The notes under the pieces are model-generated. The model saw nothing but the letters and a program-made list of their open reading frames with translations, was not told the DNA's origin and ran no database searches. A DNA stretch of 64,000 nucleotides. Source: Eledone cirrhosa (taxonomy: Eukaryota). Made by a program: the position numbers and the translations under genes. The first letter of the stretch is position 1, and the number at the start of each line of letters is the position of its first letter. Location: NCBI GenBank assembly GCA_964016885.1, contig CAXHJY010000998.1, positions 62,001 through 126,000 on the forward strand, in the 5' to 3' direction. Shown in pieces: positions 43,101-57,384 of this stretch.

Positions 43101-44030
43101 GTATATTTTATATCTACATAAAATATATTCCCATCAACTTAGAAAGCTCTAGAAAATTTTAAATTAGACTTTTTAGACTTAATACCGAACCTAATTCTCC
43201 TTCCAAAGCAAGTTTAGAAATGATATTAAGTCTCTTAATAAAATTCTAAAGAACTGTAATCAATTCTAAATATGTTCATGGTAGACAATAGCCAATACAT
43301 ACAACTTTTCAATAATAACATAGTATAAATATATTTGAAGTGGAGATCACACACACTTATAATAATATTAATAGAGAAGCTAAAGCCATCTCAGAATAGA
43401 TTAATAATGAAAGCAAACTAAACAGACTTAACAAAATGTAACGCATTTATCACGTTCAATGACCATAAAGTTAACTTTGTATCTCACAATACTTGTAGGT
43501 CAATATACTCACCTAAATCTGAGAGTGGAATGATTAGCTAGAAATTGAAAGAAAAATGAGTAGTAACACAAAGAAAGCTACTAACACAGAATTGATGGAA
43601 TACTAGTAATAATACCATAATCTGGTTTGCTAATATTAATAAGATGTATCTCGCAAATTTTATTGAATGTGATATAGTAGACTATTACCCGTCTATAAGT
43701 ATTATTACAAAAGGTAGTAGATTTTACAAAAATGTATCATTATATAACATTATAGGGTTAAGCGTGGGTTAAGAATTCTGAAACTACGTTAATGATGATA
43801 TATGCGGTTTATCGTAATATATAACATGGATATATCAGATAGGTTGTTTGACTGTGTTCACTTTGAACGTTAGACAGATAATAAATAATTTATTTTTAAA
43901 ATTACTAATTATAATGCTCTACATATACCAAGGAAAGTTGCCATTCAAAAATTTGGTGCTTTCGACATTGAAATCACAAACTTAATAGTGGCATGTTACG
44001 ATTCGTATTTGCGTAGATGAAGATATTAGT
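43100..44030 (+). pseudogene. Decayed Penelope-like element (PLE) reverse transcriptase
   Basis: Manual translation gives NAFITFNDHKVNF..TCRSIYSPKSESGMIS (about 43440-43540), IIWFANI, NFIECDIVDYYPSIS (about 43655-43700) and GAFDIEITNL (about 43955-43985). These resemble the recalled PLE RT motifs AFITLKDHKxNF..CRLINPxKSExGxIS and FDIxxFYPSI. There are many stops and frameshifts. Confidence 0.65.
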
Positions 44031-45008
44031 TGAAAGCTCTATGACAGAAAAAGGATTTTGATTTTAATTTTATTGAACTGGGATATTGTATATTTGTGTG
44101 GGGAGCTTTGATCAGTTTGGTCTTGTTGCATTTTGTTTTTGTGTAGGTTTGTGCAAGAAAATTTATATATTGTTATAAATCCTAAGTTAATAGTTCTAAG
44201 ATTAAATTCATTCGTGTCTTTTTGGGGTGTTAGACGTAATCCTGTTCCTGGTTTATCGATAGCACTTAGCTTTTGGCTTCCCATACCTGATCCCAATCTT
44301 TTGCAAGCATACAGTCCTGGTCTCCGGTTTGATAATGCATTAAATTCCCCTTCCCTTCAACTGTTCTCAGAGACCTTTCGAAGTGTAACTGGCAATACTC
44401 TTCCCCTATATTAACAAATAATATATAAATATAGTTGCAATTACGGAGCCAGTCATAGGGAGTTGGCAAGCAAGTGATTAATTCAGATTCCCGAGGGGTT
44501 ATACATAGATTCACCACAATCTGGTGTATATCCACCTGTGAAACTCTAACAAACAGGGGCACAAATAAATTTAGGCTGATACTTGTAAATATGAAAGAGC
44601 GAGGTGTTGTCGCTTAATTTTACCCAACCACTTGACTGGTACATGACAAGTACTTGACTGATATCCATACCGTGGGGATGAAAAGCAGGGTACACACGGG
44701 AGGGATTTGAACTCGGAATGTAATGGGACGTGACGAGATACCGAAAGGGATTTTTTTCTTATCCGGTGAATTACAAATCACCCCCCCCCCCCCCCTCACC
44801 CCACCAGCACGTCGGCCTCGCTTAATGTAAAACAGAATATGAAGATGGCATAGGCATTGAGTGGTTTTACTATCTCCTCCAGGTCCACTTGTTCCTGATA
44901 TATATATAAATGTTTAAACATATATTATTCACAAACAATCATACTCACATATATACGTATACGTGTATATGAAATGTAAACATCTATATATATATATATA
45001 TACACACA

Positions 45009-45194
<186 letters not shown>

Positions 45195-45990
45195 GAGAGA
45201 GGGAGAGAGAGACATATATAGATATAGATATATATATATACATACATACATATATATATATGTGTGTGTGTGTGTGTGCATACAAACATACAAACGTGCA
45301 TGCACACGTACATACATTCATACACACATCAAACATATATAAATACATACATACTTCTCTATTTGGTTTCTATGCAATAGATCAAAACGTGTGTATGTAA
45401 TTACATAGACGATCCATCATTTTTGGCGATAACAAAATATAAAGAAACGACAAAAAGAGAGCCAACTAAAACAGGCTGTAAATGTTTTGATAGTTTCACT
45501 GTATTCTAAGGTCAACCGTGTCTTTGAGGAACCACAAGTCCCACCTAATATAGCATGGACTAATTCCCTGTTGAAAGTTTCATTTGAAAACTTGTGAAGG
45601 AGGCGCCGAATTCACAAAGTCTTGTGCTCCAACTCCGGATGTGACAAAACATTCCATCTAAATCAATTCTTTTTTTATTTAATAAACAAATATATTTTGG
45701 GATGTGTGTATATATATATATATGTGTGTATGTGAGAGTTTGTGTGTGTTTGTGTGTGTTGGTGTGTTAAAGTGTGTGTGAATATGATTGATATCTGCTT
45801 CTACCAATTTCTGATAACTACCTATGTAAAATTATGTGAGATCTCACGTGTTGCATAAGCATATGTGTACATACACATATATATATATATACACACACAG
45901 AGGTATACATACATACACATATATCTATACCATCGTTATATATATAAAGCTGTCGAAAGGGCCGCATCTCAGCCGTCGGGATAATGACTC

Positions 45991-46030
<40 letters not shown>

Positions 46031-46233
46031 TAACATATTAAAGTTTAAGCAAATAATCGCTGCTTTTGCCCTTAACGGGATCTTCTGAAACTAAAAAAGT
46101 GAAAGCAGCGATTCTTTGCTTAAATTTTAATTTGTTATTCTAATAAATATTTGCTCTACGGTTCTTATATATCTGATATATAATTATACTTATCGAGCCC
46201 TCTTTGGAATTTAGTCTTCACATTTATTATTAT

Positions 46234-46284
<51 letters not shown>

Positions 46285-46304
46285 ATGGAGAGAGGCTGAT
46301 TGAC

Positions 46305-46350
<46 letters not shown>

Positions 46351-46545
46351 GCGCGCGCACACACACACACGCTCACTCACACACACAGAGTTATATGTAA
46401 ACATACACCCATTCCAATCTAAGGACGTGTGTGGTCGTAAATATCTATCCAATAAACACAGACCATAACAAATGTGAAGTCAAATGTTTCCATCACAATT
46501 ATTTTAGGTTTTCACTTTCGGATTACATTTCATTAGAGATTGCGT

Positions 46546-46622
<77 letters not shown>

Positions 46623-46647
46623 TATGTATATATATATATGTATGTAC

Positions 46648-46705
<58 letters not shown>

Positions 46706-47999
46706 TATTTTGGTTGAACAAATATGTGGGACAACATACATATGCTTATTAATGTTGCTGCTTTTAGTCCCAGTTCAACCCTAATAGTGCAAATGGGTGT
46801 GCTTTGTTTCGGCTAATGGTATGGAGATCGATGATTTTACTCTCTGAAGCGATCGTAGAGAAATGGTTAAAATAACTACTTCACATTGTTTTAAATACAA
46901 AATATATGTACCCCAAACTGAAAAATAATCGTTCGGCTTTGCCATGTCTGATAAACGCTTGGGATCATGTATGTGACCAGGGCTTATCTGGTGCTAAACA
47001 TCACCGATTAATGCGTTTGAGCACAGAGGATTCTTAGTCATGGTCGCTCAAACTGATGATAATAGCAACTAATTTCCTTCAAATAATGTACGATCTTAGA
47101 AAAAAAGACACAAAGAATAATAGAACTTTGGATCACATGCATTTATGTAAGAATCGTGATGGTCGCGGTTAGAATGGAATGCATCATTGGTATGCTAGGT
47201 CACATCTAATCAGTGAATAAACAAAAAAGCTAACAGCACTAAACAGACCGAAGTATTAGGATAAAATATGTAAGAGATCTCATTCTATAATCTTTCATTG
47301 CGTGAAGTGGAAGACTAATAAAATTCAATGTTGTAAAAAGACAACGAAGATATTTTACAGTTAAATATCGCCAGGCGGTAACACAGACGCCATCTTAACT
47401 ATTTGCTGTATATTTTTTTTTATTGTTATCTTCCTCCTTTTTTGTGAGGTGAGACGTGTGAGGGTGGGGGGTGGAATATGGGTGGAAATAATCTCTTATC
47501 GTTTTACATTGTCGCTACATCATTTATGTTTGTCGTCAAGTTTTCTCTCAACCACAGATCTCGTCAAACGATAACATATAAAACAAAATGGCAATGTGAT
47601 TGTATCGTCGGAAGTGATACAAATGTATGATGTCGTCATGAACATACGGGTACTTTTACCCCCTCCCCCTCTCTTTCTCTCTTTACTCTTGTTGCAATTT
47701 GCTTGATTTACAGAAGTAACATGCAGTAAAGAAAGGACAAAAAATTAATTAAACTGAAGATAATAACGACAACATCAACGATAACAACAACAACAACAAC
47801 AACAATAACAATCATAATAATAATAATGAGGATAATAATAATAAGGGTGGTGATGAGGATCATGATAATGCTAATTATAAAATAATAATTATGACATAAG
47901 TGTGTTTCATAAACTCCTAAACGATGGCGATTCGAGATAAATGATATGACTTAATGCATTAGCTGTTTCAAGCAATCACGCATAAACTAGAAGATATTG

Positions 48000-48860
48000 A
48001 ATCAGGAATCCAACATTCCGATACGGTTTCAATACCTATCTTAAGTTGTTACAATTCAGTGTAATGTTATTATCATTTTAAAATAGGGCCCCAACACTGC
48101 TAGACTATATTTCTCTGTGAAGGACCTTTATATAATATATAAAACTTTAGGAATGAAGGCCACAACAAAAGTTCTGAAATATATATATTAGATTGTTTGA
48201 AATTAGATATGTTATCGAACTTAATCAATCACTAAATTCCAAAGCCTAAGAAGGTGATTTACAGCTCTGTAGTTGTCTTTGCAAATTGTGTGGGAGTACC
48301 TACAACATTTTAAGGGAACCAGCAACGGTGTAGATCTTTCTAGTCCTGGAGGGCTTATGAAAGCTATGTGACTGTCTCTTCCCCCAAATCAAACAAGTAA
48401 AATATGAATCTATTATTCCAAGGCTTCAAACAACCTGAAACTTTTCACCATTCTGCTACCTGTTTTTTTCCCTTCATACTGATCCTTCATCCACCTATTT
48501 CCGATTTTCTTCTAACCATTTTGCAACTTTCTGTAGAACTTCTCTAACCAGAATTAATGACAGAATATTTTGTAAAAAATCAAAGCAGAATCCTATCTTC
48601 GTATGAGGAGAGTTTGTTACTGTTCTTCTTTTACATGGCATAATGCAAGGGTAGGATCCATTGCGCCTTGTTAATTTTAATGGTCGCAAAGACTGGTGGG
48701 TAGAATGGAGATAGTATCATTAATCAGAATATCTTCCCCGAAAACATGCAATAAACTGACCAGGATAAAGGTACCCAAGGGCCAAGGATCAAATACTGGT
48801 GTCAAACCTGGCAATAGATTGGATATAACACTAAAACAAGAAGTTCACCGCCTACGCCTT
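48000..48860 (-). pseudogene. Highly decayed CR1/L2-like RT fragment
   Basis: Broken motifs in the expected order: xFDF, KVAKWLxxRK, GVP-like, FAK(D)T-like and KF(N)-like. Weak. Confidence 0.35.
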
Positions 48861-49389
48861 ACTTCCTCATACTTTCCCCTCTACCAAATTTCTTTCGAAG
48901 CAGAGAAACTGAACTCAAAACCACATAGTTGCGAGACGAAGTTGTTAACAAGACAGCCATGAGTATATCAATATCTGAATAAGACTTTACGTTGTATTCT
49001 TTACAAAAGAATCAGTGAAAAAAGGAATGTTATCAGCTTCATGAAAAGATCGTAATATTTGAAACGTTTTCATTCATCATAACGATGTATTTTTGCTTCA
49101 GTCAAAATACTTCAAAAAATGGTTGTGTAACTCAAAGTTATTAGAGGTCTTACTCATATTCCACATTGCTTCTGTCGCAATCTTCCTAATACGGCGATAA
49201 AACTGAACAATCTCCAGCTTGTATACATATTAACCTCTAAAATAAGGCAATAAAAGCCACATAGATAGATTTTTTTAAACATATATAAAGGATGTGGGTA
49301 AGAACATGATTAAATGATAAAAGTAATTGAAAGATAGAAATCTTTTTCGGTAACATATATATGTTTACATATGTGTGTGTGCGCGCGTG

Positions 49390-49495
<106 letters not shown>

Positions 49496-50406
49496 CACAA
49501 AGAGAGAATGCTTATTAACTGATACATAGAAAGGAACCAGGAAAGACAAATGAGAGATACTCGAAGACCAAATGATTTTAAAGCTGAAATTTTCATTTAT
49601 GAATGCCATAAAACGACTTAGTTAAGAATAAACCCTACACATTAGAACAAGATTACAAAACATCAAACCAGAGAATAGTCGAATACTAACAAATCTGAGA
49701 ATATATAGCAATGTGGTGGCAATGAAGAGAAATATAACAGAATAAATAAACAAACACGTAAACAAACTACACAATATATATAAGAAAATAAATATATCTA
49801 TGAATACGAAATCTGTGGTCTTTCTTGACCAATTATCCCTTTCTCATTACCATAGTGTAATAATATAGAATATACCAACCAAGAAAATATATGAATGTAT
49901 ATCTAATAATAGTTTTAAGTGCTGCTAGGCCAGGTTTAATGATAACATGATAGTACTTAAGCAGGGGAGATTATTTAACGTGGATACATCGTGAAACATT
50001 GATTAGTGTTATAAAAGAGGACAGAAGGTGTTATAGAAGAAATAAAAAAATATGGCGTCGGTTATAATAACGAATAGATTGTATGTTTTTCTGTATTTCG
50101 TTCAACAAAGGGTTTTGTTTCGTTGTTTTTATTCTATTGCTGTTGTAGTATATTTTGCATGTGGAGGAAGAATATTTGAATAATTATTCTATGACGAGGG
50201 CAGCAGGGTGGCCAGCTATTAATGTAATTGTAGAAAACCAAGATGGCTGACGATATAATTTTCTCTCTGATTTCTTCGTCTTGTCAAAGAAGAAATAAAA
50301 TGTAAAATATAAATGCAACAAGAAAAAAACAATGAATAACAACAAATATACCTGTCAAATTTATTCTGAACGTGCCTTTTGTTATAAATATATATTCATG
50401 CACACA

Positions 50407-50485
<79 letters not shown>

Positions 50486-50742
50486 CATCGTACTGGCCTG
50501 GAATACGGTGTTTCTTGGATATAGAAACTCCCTCTATATCCTTCTCTGCAGATTTATTGCAGAGAAGGAGAGAGGGGGAGTGAGTTGCAATAGTAAAGAT
50601 ATAGTAACGGAAGTATCCACCTCCAGGACTAGACTGCAAATTAAGGTGTTATATCGATAGCAGACGGCCCCTGTCTACTATATATTCAGGTTGTATCCGA
50701 ATCGAATTTATTTTCTATTTCTCTATCTCCTATCTTTCATTG

Positions 50743-50930
50743 TGGATTGGCGGTATCGGTAGATGGTCAGACGCCATGCTTTGCAGCACAGAGTTACGGC
50801 CCTTTATGATCTGAGTTCAAATCTCGCCGAGGTTAACTTTGCCTTTCATCCGTACGGGGTCGATAAAATAAAAGTACCAGTAATGTACTGGAAAATTTAC
50901 TGGCCTTGTGCCAAAAGTAGAAACAATTAT
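50743..50930 (+). mobile_element. S1 SINE
   Basis: S1 head, body and tail match. Older degenerate copies at about 1530-1630, 18500-18642, 44620-44750 and 52655-52890. Confidence 0.8.
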
Positions 50931-51111
50931 ATGTTTGGGTTCAACGTAATCCTGTTACATAATTCTGTTGAGACCATCTTGTCTTGCAGCATAATCGGAT
51001 GACGGAGCTGAGTCATTGAAATATGTGTAGTGATTTCACAGTATTGAAATTCTAAAATAAATCTTCCAGTTTGTCCTTTCTGTAGTTGTTTTAATGAGTA
51101 TATATATTTGT

Positions 51112-51166
<55 letters not shown>

Positions 51167-51181
51167 TTATATATATATATA

Positions 51182-51250
51182 TTAGTTTCAGAAGATCCCG
51201 TTAAGGGTGAAAGCAGCGATTCTTTGCTTAAACTTTAATCTGTTATTTTA

Positions 51251-51252
<2 letters not shown>
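51182..51252 (+). mobile_element. Family C fragment with a variant hammerhead-like fold (CAGAAGA core)
   Basis: agttt CAGAAGA t-ccc-gttaa-ggg-t GAAA gca-gcgattctt-tgc TT aaact. Other copies at 2546-2661, 24893-25053 and 46024-46237, all with TA flanks. Confidence 0.55.
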
Positions 51253-51330
<78 letters not shown>

Positions 51331-51528
51331 TGTCGTGGTGGTACAGTTTGTCTTGCCGAAGAGGAAGAGGGGATTTCTGTTGTTTCAAGCAAGTCTTTTT
51401 CCTGAATGACTTACCTCTTCTCTCCATTCTCGTGGCAGACATTTATATAGTCAGACATGTTGACAAAACATTTAAATTCAACGAAAGAGAGAATGGTAAA
51501 CTTATTAACTGTCAAACTAGTCCATAGC

Positions 51529-51592
<64 letters not shown>

Positions 51593-51699
51593 AACAAACA
51601 GATACACACGCACACATATATGTATATATATATATATATATACGCATATGAATTAACAAGCAATAGTTCCAGTGAGACAGACAGCCTGATTGTTGGTTA

Positions 51700-51744
51700 G
51701 TTAGAGAAAGAGAGAGAGAGAAAAGAAGAAAGGGAGAAAGAGCG

Positions 51745-51803
<59 letters not shown>

Positions 51804-52024
51804 TAGGTGAGTATGTAGGTGAGTATGTAGGTGAGTATGAATGTGAGAGAGGGATAGAGAGACAGAGAGAGAGATAGAGAGAGACAGAGAGGGAGAATGT
51901 AGGTGTGTATGTATATATATATGTGTGTGTGTCTGAAAGAGAGAGAGGGGGAGAGAGAGATAGAAAGAGACAGAGAGAGAGACAGAGAATGTAGGTGTGT
52001 ATGTATATATATATGTGTGTGTGT

Positions 52025-52060
<36 letters not shown>

Positions 52061-52100
52061 AAGAGACAGAGAGAGAGAGAGAATGTAGGTGTGTATGTAT

Positions 52101-52156
<56 letters not shown>

Positions 52157-52160
52157 ATGT
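51700..52160. repeat. (GA)n-based compound minisatellite
   Basis: Repeated gagaatgtaggtgtgtatgtatat...gagaga blocks. Confidence 0.8.
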
Positions 52161-54833
52161 AGGTGTCAATGTTTGAAAGAGATTGGGTGAGAGTGAGTGC
52201 AAGAAAGAAACAGAAAGAGACAGAAATATAGAGAGAATGAGAGAATGAGAGAATGAGAATGAATGAATGAAAGAATGTGTGTTATTCTCATTATATGTTA
52301 GAATTTTTAGTGTACTAGACAAGTTTCTTGTCTAGCCGAGTACAGAAGAGTGTCACAATTAGAAAGCCACTTCCTCCTCACATCCAAACATATACAAGAT
52401 ATAGGAGTAGATCAAAACACTAACAAAATAACCTTCAAAACAAACGTAGACAACAATAGTTCCAACACGTTTCACTACCAAGAACCCCCTTTATTTAAAT
52501 GAATTCACCCATAAAGCCTACACTGAGATTTACTCACGTCCTAGATTGTTATGCAGCGCAAGTAACAACGAAAAGAATGAAATATTTGCACGTACAGAGG
52601 AACGGGTACCTTATAACGACTGTGTAGTGTGTATTGTATTTTCTTTATTTTTTAAGGTGGCGAATTGGCAGTCTTTAGAACGTAGAATAGAATATTTCGA
52701 ACTTTGAGTTTCATATAATACTTTGCAGTGCTTCTTCATTCTCTCTGAGCTTTGAGTTTCATAGAATATTTTGTAGGGCTTCTTCATTCTCTATCAGCTC
52801 TGAGTTTCAAACCTGAAAAATACAACTTTGATTTTTATTAATTCAAGGTCGATAAAAACGGACCAGTCTGGTGCTGCGGTCGATTATTTCTTTTCTAATT
52901 CTTTCCCACTTCCTCTCTATCATTCTCCTGTTCAGACCTGTAGAGGGAGAGGTTCTACAAAGTTCTACATAAAAACATGCTTTATGTCATTGCGGCACCC
53001 TTATGACTTCATCAGGAATTTCGAGTCCATAATTTTAGACATTTTCTGCTAAATCTATACAGGATGTTAAGAGATAAACAAACTATTTGACGCCAAATTC
53101 TGTTGAAATTTCACAAATACTGGATATTTTAACAAGGATCTATACATTAGCAAATATACTATAAACGTTTGAATTAATAAACACAATTTTAGACGTTTTT
53201 TTGCTAAAATTTTACAACATTTGAAGAGATAAACGGAATATTTGACGTCAAATTCTGTTGAAATTTCATTTTATTGCTTTAAATTATTGGAAATATTCCA
53301 ATAAGATCGATCAATCCAGATGGTTCCGAGATATGACTGTTTGTTGTATTGATTCCTTGTTTAGATTTCAAATAATTTAAGAGGTTTATCTTTAATTTCT
53401 CCATTGGCCTAATTGACAGGAAGTTTCTGAATTCCTCGAGCTGATACATTTGTTGTTGCTATTGCTGTTGTTGCTGTTCATGATTTTGCTGGAGTTGTTG
53501 CGGATATTGTTACTACTGCTTTGTTGCTATTGCTGCTGATGCTACTATTTTTGCTGCTGTTGTAGCTAATGTTGTTGCTACTATTTTTGATGCTGTTGCT
53601 GTTGTTCTCTCTGATATTGCTGCGGCTGCTCTTGCTTCTACTACTGCTGCTCCTGTTGTTACTATTGTTGATGTTGTTAGTGCTGCTGTTGTTGTTGCTG
53701 TAGCTACTACTGTTGCTGTTGCTCTGTTCGATATGTCTGCGGCCGTAGTTGCTGTACTATTGCTACTATTACTACTACTGTTACTGCTGCTGCTAATAAG
53801 GCTGCTACTATTGCTACCGTTGCTGTTGAATTGCAGCTGCTGTTGCTGGTGCTCTTGCTGCTGCTGCTGCTGCTGCTGCTGCTACAGTTTGTCCATGAAA
53901 TCTGTGATACAAGCCTGACTCAATTGATTTAAGTCCCTCTTTTCTCTATATACCAGTAATTACCTCTCTGTGGTGTCTATTTCTTATCAAACGTATCAGC
54001 AATAGCAACGCAGAATAAAAGACATTAAGAGGGAAATGGAAGGAATCTATCTTTACAACTGTTCCATTCCCTCCGCCATCGACCTAATTATACCGGAAGT
54101 AGTAACATGATAATATTATAATATGTCATCTTCATATTTATGAGGTTGTTTTCCTATGTTTGTTTGTTTGTTGTTGTTGTTGTTGTTGCTGTTGTATTTC
54201 TAGATCACTCAAGATCTAATGGTCCTATGAGATCAAAGACTTTCTAAATCCGTATAATTTACTACAGAATACACTTGCCCAAACGCCCGCCAGCTACCCA
54301 GTGACAGTGAAAACGGGGTCACTTTATGAAAAGTTCTCTTCTCTTCTAAGAAAGTAGTATATGATTTGAAAATAATTTGACTCTTATTTCTAGCAATTCC
54401 AGCTATTGCATAGAACCAATCCCATCGATATTCGTCGGGTGTTTTCATAGCCATGGTTGGTTCCATAGGTGTTTTCACAGCCATGGTTGTTAATTGAGGA
54501 AACTTATGATCAAAACAATCCAGTCGTGACCATCTCGTGCTTTTATGCGAAAAGAACCGAAAATCACATTCAATAGGGCTCTTTCTAAAACTACTAGGGT
54601 AAGTCGAGATTCGGGTGCTATTTCTATCAAGTCTAACCTCAGATTTAGAGTCATTTTTGTTAGCTTTGGTGAAAGCCGTTGTTAATGATTCGTTATATAT
54701 TTAAATCGGTGTTAATGTCTTCTGATATTTAAGGCAGTTTTCTAGTGAATCATCCTATAATATCATAACTGCGTTAAACTTAATATTCGATGAATCAAGA
54801 TTGATAATATTTGTAACCGAAAACCTTTTGGAG

Positions 54834-55090
54834 TTAACCCTTTAGAATTCACATTATTCTATATTTACTATTATATTTTCATTGTAAAGATTTTATCTCA
54901 CATAATTATCTCACATAATTATCTCACATAATATTAAATCTATGAGCTTTTGATGTTATTTATTTTGATGTTATTTATTTTGAGAACAATACCTGAATGT
55001 AGGTACGAGTGGCCGGTTATGGCAAGTTTGAACAGAAAGAGGTAAGAGAATTCTGGCCGGATATGGCCGGTTTAAATGCTAAAGGGTTAA
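54834..55090. mobile_element. piggyBac-type non-autonomous element (MITE)
   Basis: TTAA-CCCTTTAG...CTAAAGGG-TTAA, with short internal tandem duplications. Confidence 0.75.
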
Positions 55091-55468
55091 TACAATTAAG
55101 TAAATCTCTTTATCGCAGTCCCCGCCATGTAGCAGTGACCCAATGACTGTGAAAAGGAAAGTAGTGTAAAATTAACAATAGATAACTTATTTGGAAAACA
55201 AATATTCTTTTTTTATATTTTACGCTTCGTAAAAACAAATGCTAAAACATTTAGAAATGGAGAACTGGATGAAGAAGGTTCAAGTACAGGAAGGGTTACT
55301 CAGTGATAAAACACAGGCAAATGTGTAAATAAGGAAAACCTATTCCATCAATGTCAGACAGGAAAAAGAATTAGCGAGGATTTTTTCCCCAATTTACATA
55401 TGTATGTCCGTCCCTGTGAAAGTATGTACGCCTATATGTGTGAATATATATAGTTGTATATATATATG

Positions 55469-55503
<35 letters not shown>

Positions 55504-55621
55504 GTGCGTGTGTGTGTGTGTATGTGTATGAATATATATATATATGTGTATATATACACACACACACCCTACCTGAACAGACACTCACACAGACCCACAC
55601 AAACACACACAGAGGAATATA

Positions 55622-55698
<77 letters not shown>

Positions 55699-56151
55699 AA
55701 CGTTTGTTGTGGAAACGGGGGAAGATTAAATGTATCAGTGTTTATATATTTGATCTAAGCTGATGATTTGCTCCGGTACCACTCCGAGATTCTCGCTTCT
55801 GTGAGTTCGTTCATTTATTTTTTTCATGGCTGTATGAACTCACAGTGCTGTGAAACTCGGAAAAGTGACATATTGTTTTATATATTTATACACACACACA
55901 CATTCACGCATACACACACATTCACACACACACACACAAACACACACACACATTCACGCACGCACACAAACACACACACACACGCACATACACTCAGAAG
56001 TACACAAACAAACACATACACACCCAGAAGTACAAAAACACACACACCCACTCTCCGAAGCACGCACACACACACACACACATATATATATAAACTTAGG
56101 AGGCTACGTACACACAGACACACACACACACACACATATATATATACATAT

Positions 56152-56194
<43 letters not shown>

Positions 56195-56808
56195 TATGTA
56201 TAAACTTGGGGGGCTATGCAGCTTTTCAATTCCCCTGACCCCAGTGTTGCTACAAAATCCGCATATCGTCAAATGGGCTCTGTCAACTAGCCAAACCAGC
56301 AAAAGTAAATATATTTAACACGTTTTAATGGCTGCTTCCCTGTTTTACATCATCTACACCTCATACACCTATGCGTCAACATATATCTCGTTATCGCCTT
56401 TAATATTTATCTCATAGCTCTGAAAATTTACTTATTACCTAATGTACGACGTACAGTAGAATAATACAAACTAATCACACATATTTAAAAAAAAAGATAA
56501 TAGTGCTGCAGTGTTAATGTTCAGATATGTCTCTTATGGTCGTCATAGTCAACACCATAGGAGTATAATATTACTGCAATGTTTAATGGTCAGTCAATTA
56601 CACCATGGTTTTAGTTTCTGACCGCTTCACTTCACGTATAGCACTAGAGCAAGCACAAAATTTGAAGAAACGAATTAAAATGTCAACACGTATGTAAGTG
56701 TGTGTATTTTAGCACACCTATACAAACATATACTTTTATGTATATATATATATATATATATATATTTTAGTAAGTAAGTTAATTTTTATAATTTTCTTAT
56801 TTTACGTC

Positions 56809-56859
<51 letters not shown>

Positions 56860-57106
56860 TGCTGGTATTCATCTGCCTGATGTTCATCGATCTGTCTAGT
56901 TCTTTTTTCTACCAGCGTATAATGAAATAAAATTTACATTTTCTATATATTTTGTCTGAGGAGAACATGTTTTGCTTCATGCTATACATAAAACTTTGCA
57001 TCTTCGAAATATATAAAATGTAATAAATAGAGATGATATAAAATGTATATATTTCGTTTATTACTACGATTATATTAAACTTTAATCTGTGATTTTAATA
57101 TATATA

Positions 57107-57152
<46 letters not shown>

Positions 57153-57348
57153 ATATAACGATAAATTAACGGAGCCATAGACTCTCGCTATTCCCTATCA
57201 ATAATGTGCTCGAAGGAAAAGGAATCCTGAGCTCTTTAAAATACAATATGTTGAAAAAGTAACACACTAGTGAGGGATAGTGCGCCATCAATAAAACAGT
57301 TTTATTAATGGCGCACTCTCTCTCTCTAGTGAGTTACCTTTTCAACAT

Positions 57349-57384
<36 letters not shown>

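Noticed and set aside
44039-44562. Three overlapping 85-98 aa ORFs
   Set aside because: No recognisable motif or splice signals; probably decayed TE sequence.
55760-55865. CTGATGA / GAAAC motifs
   Set aside because: No consistent three-stem fold could be built.
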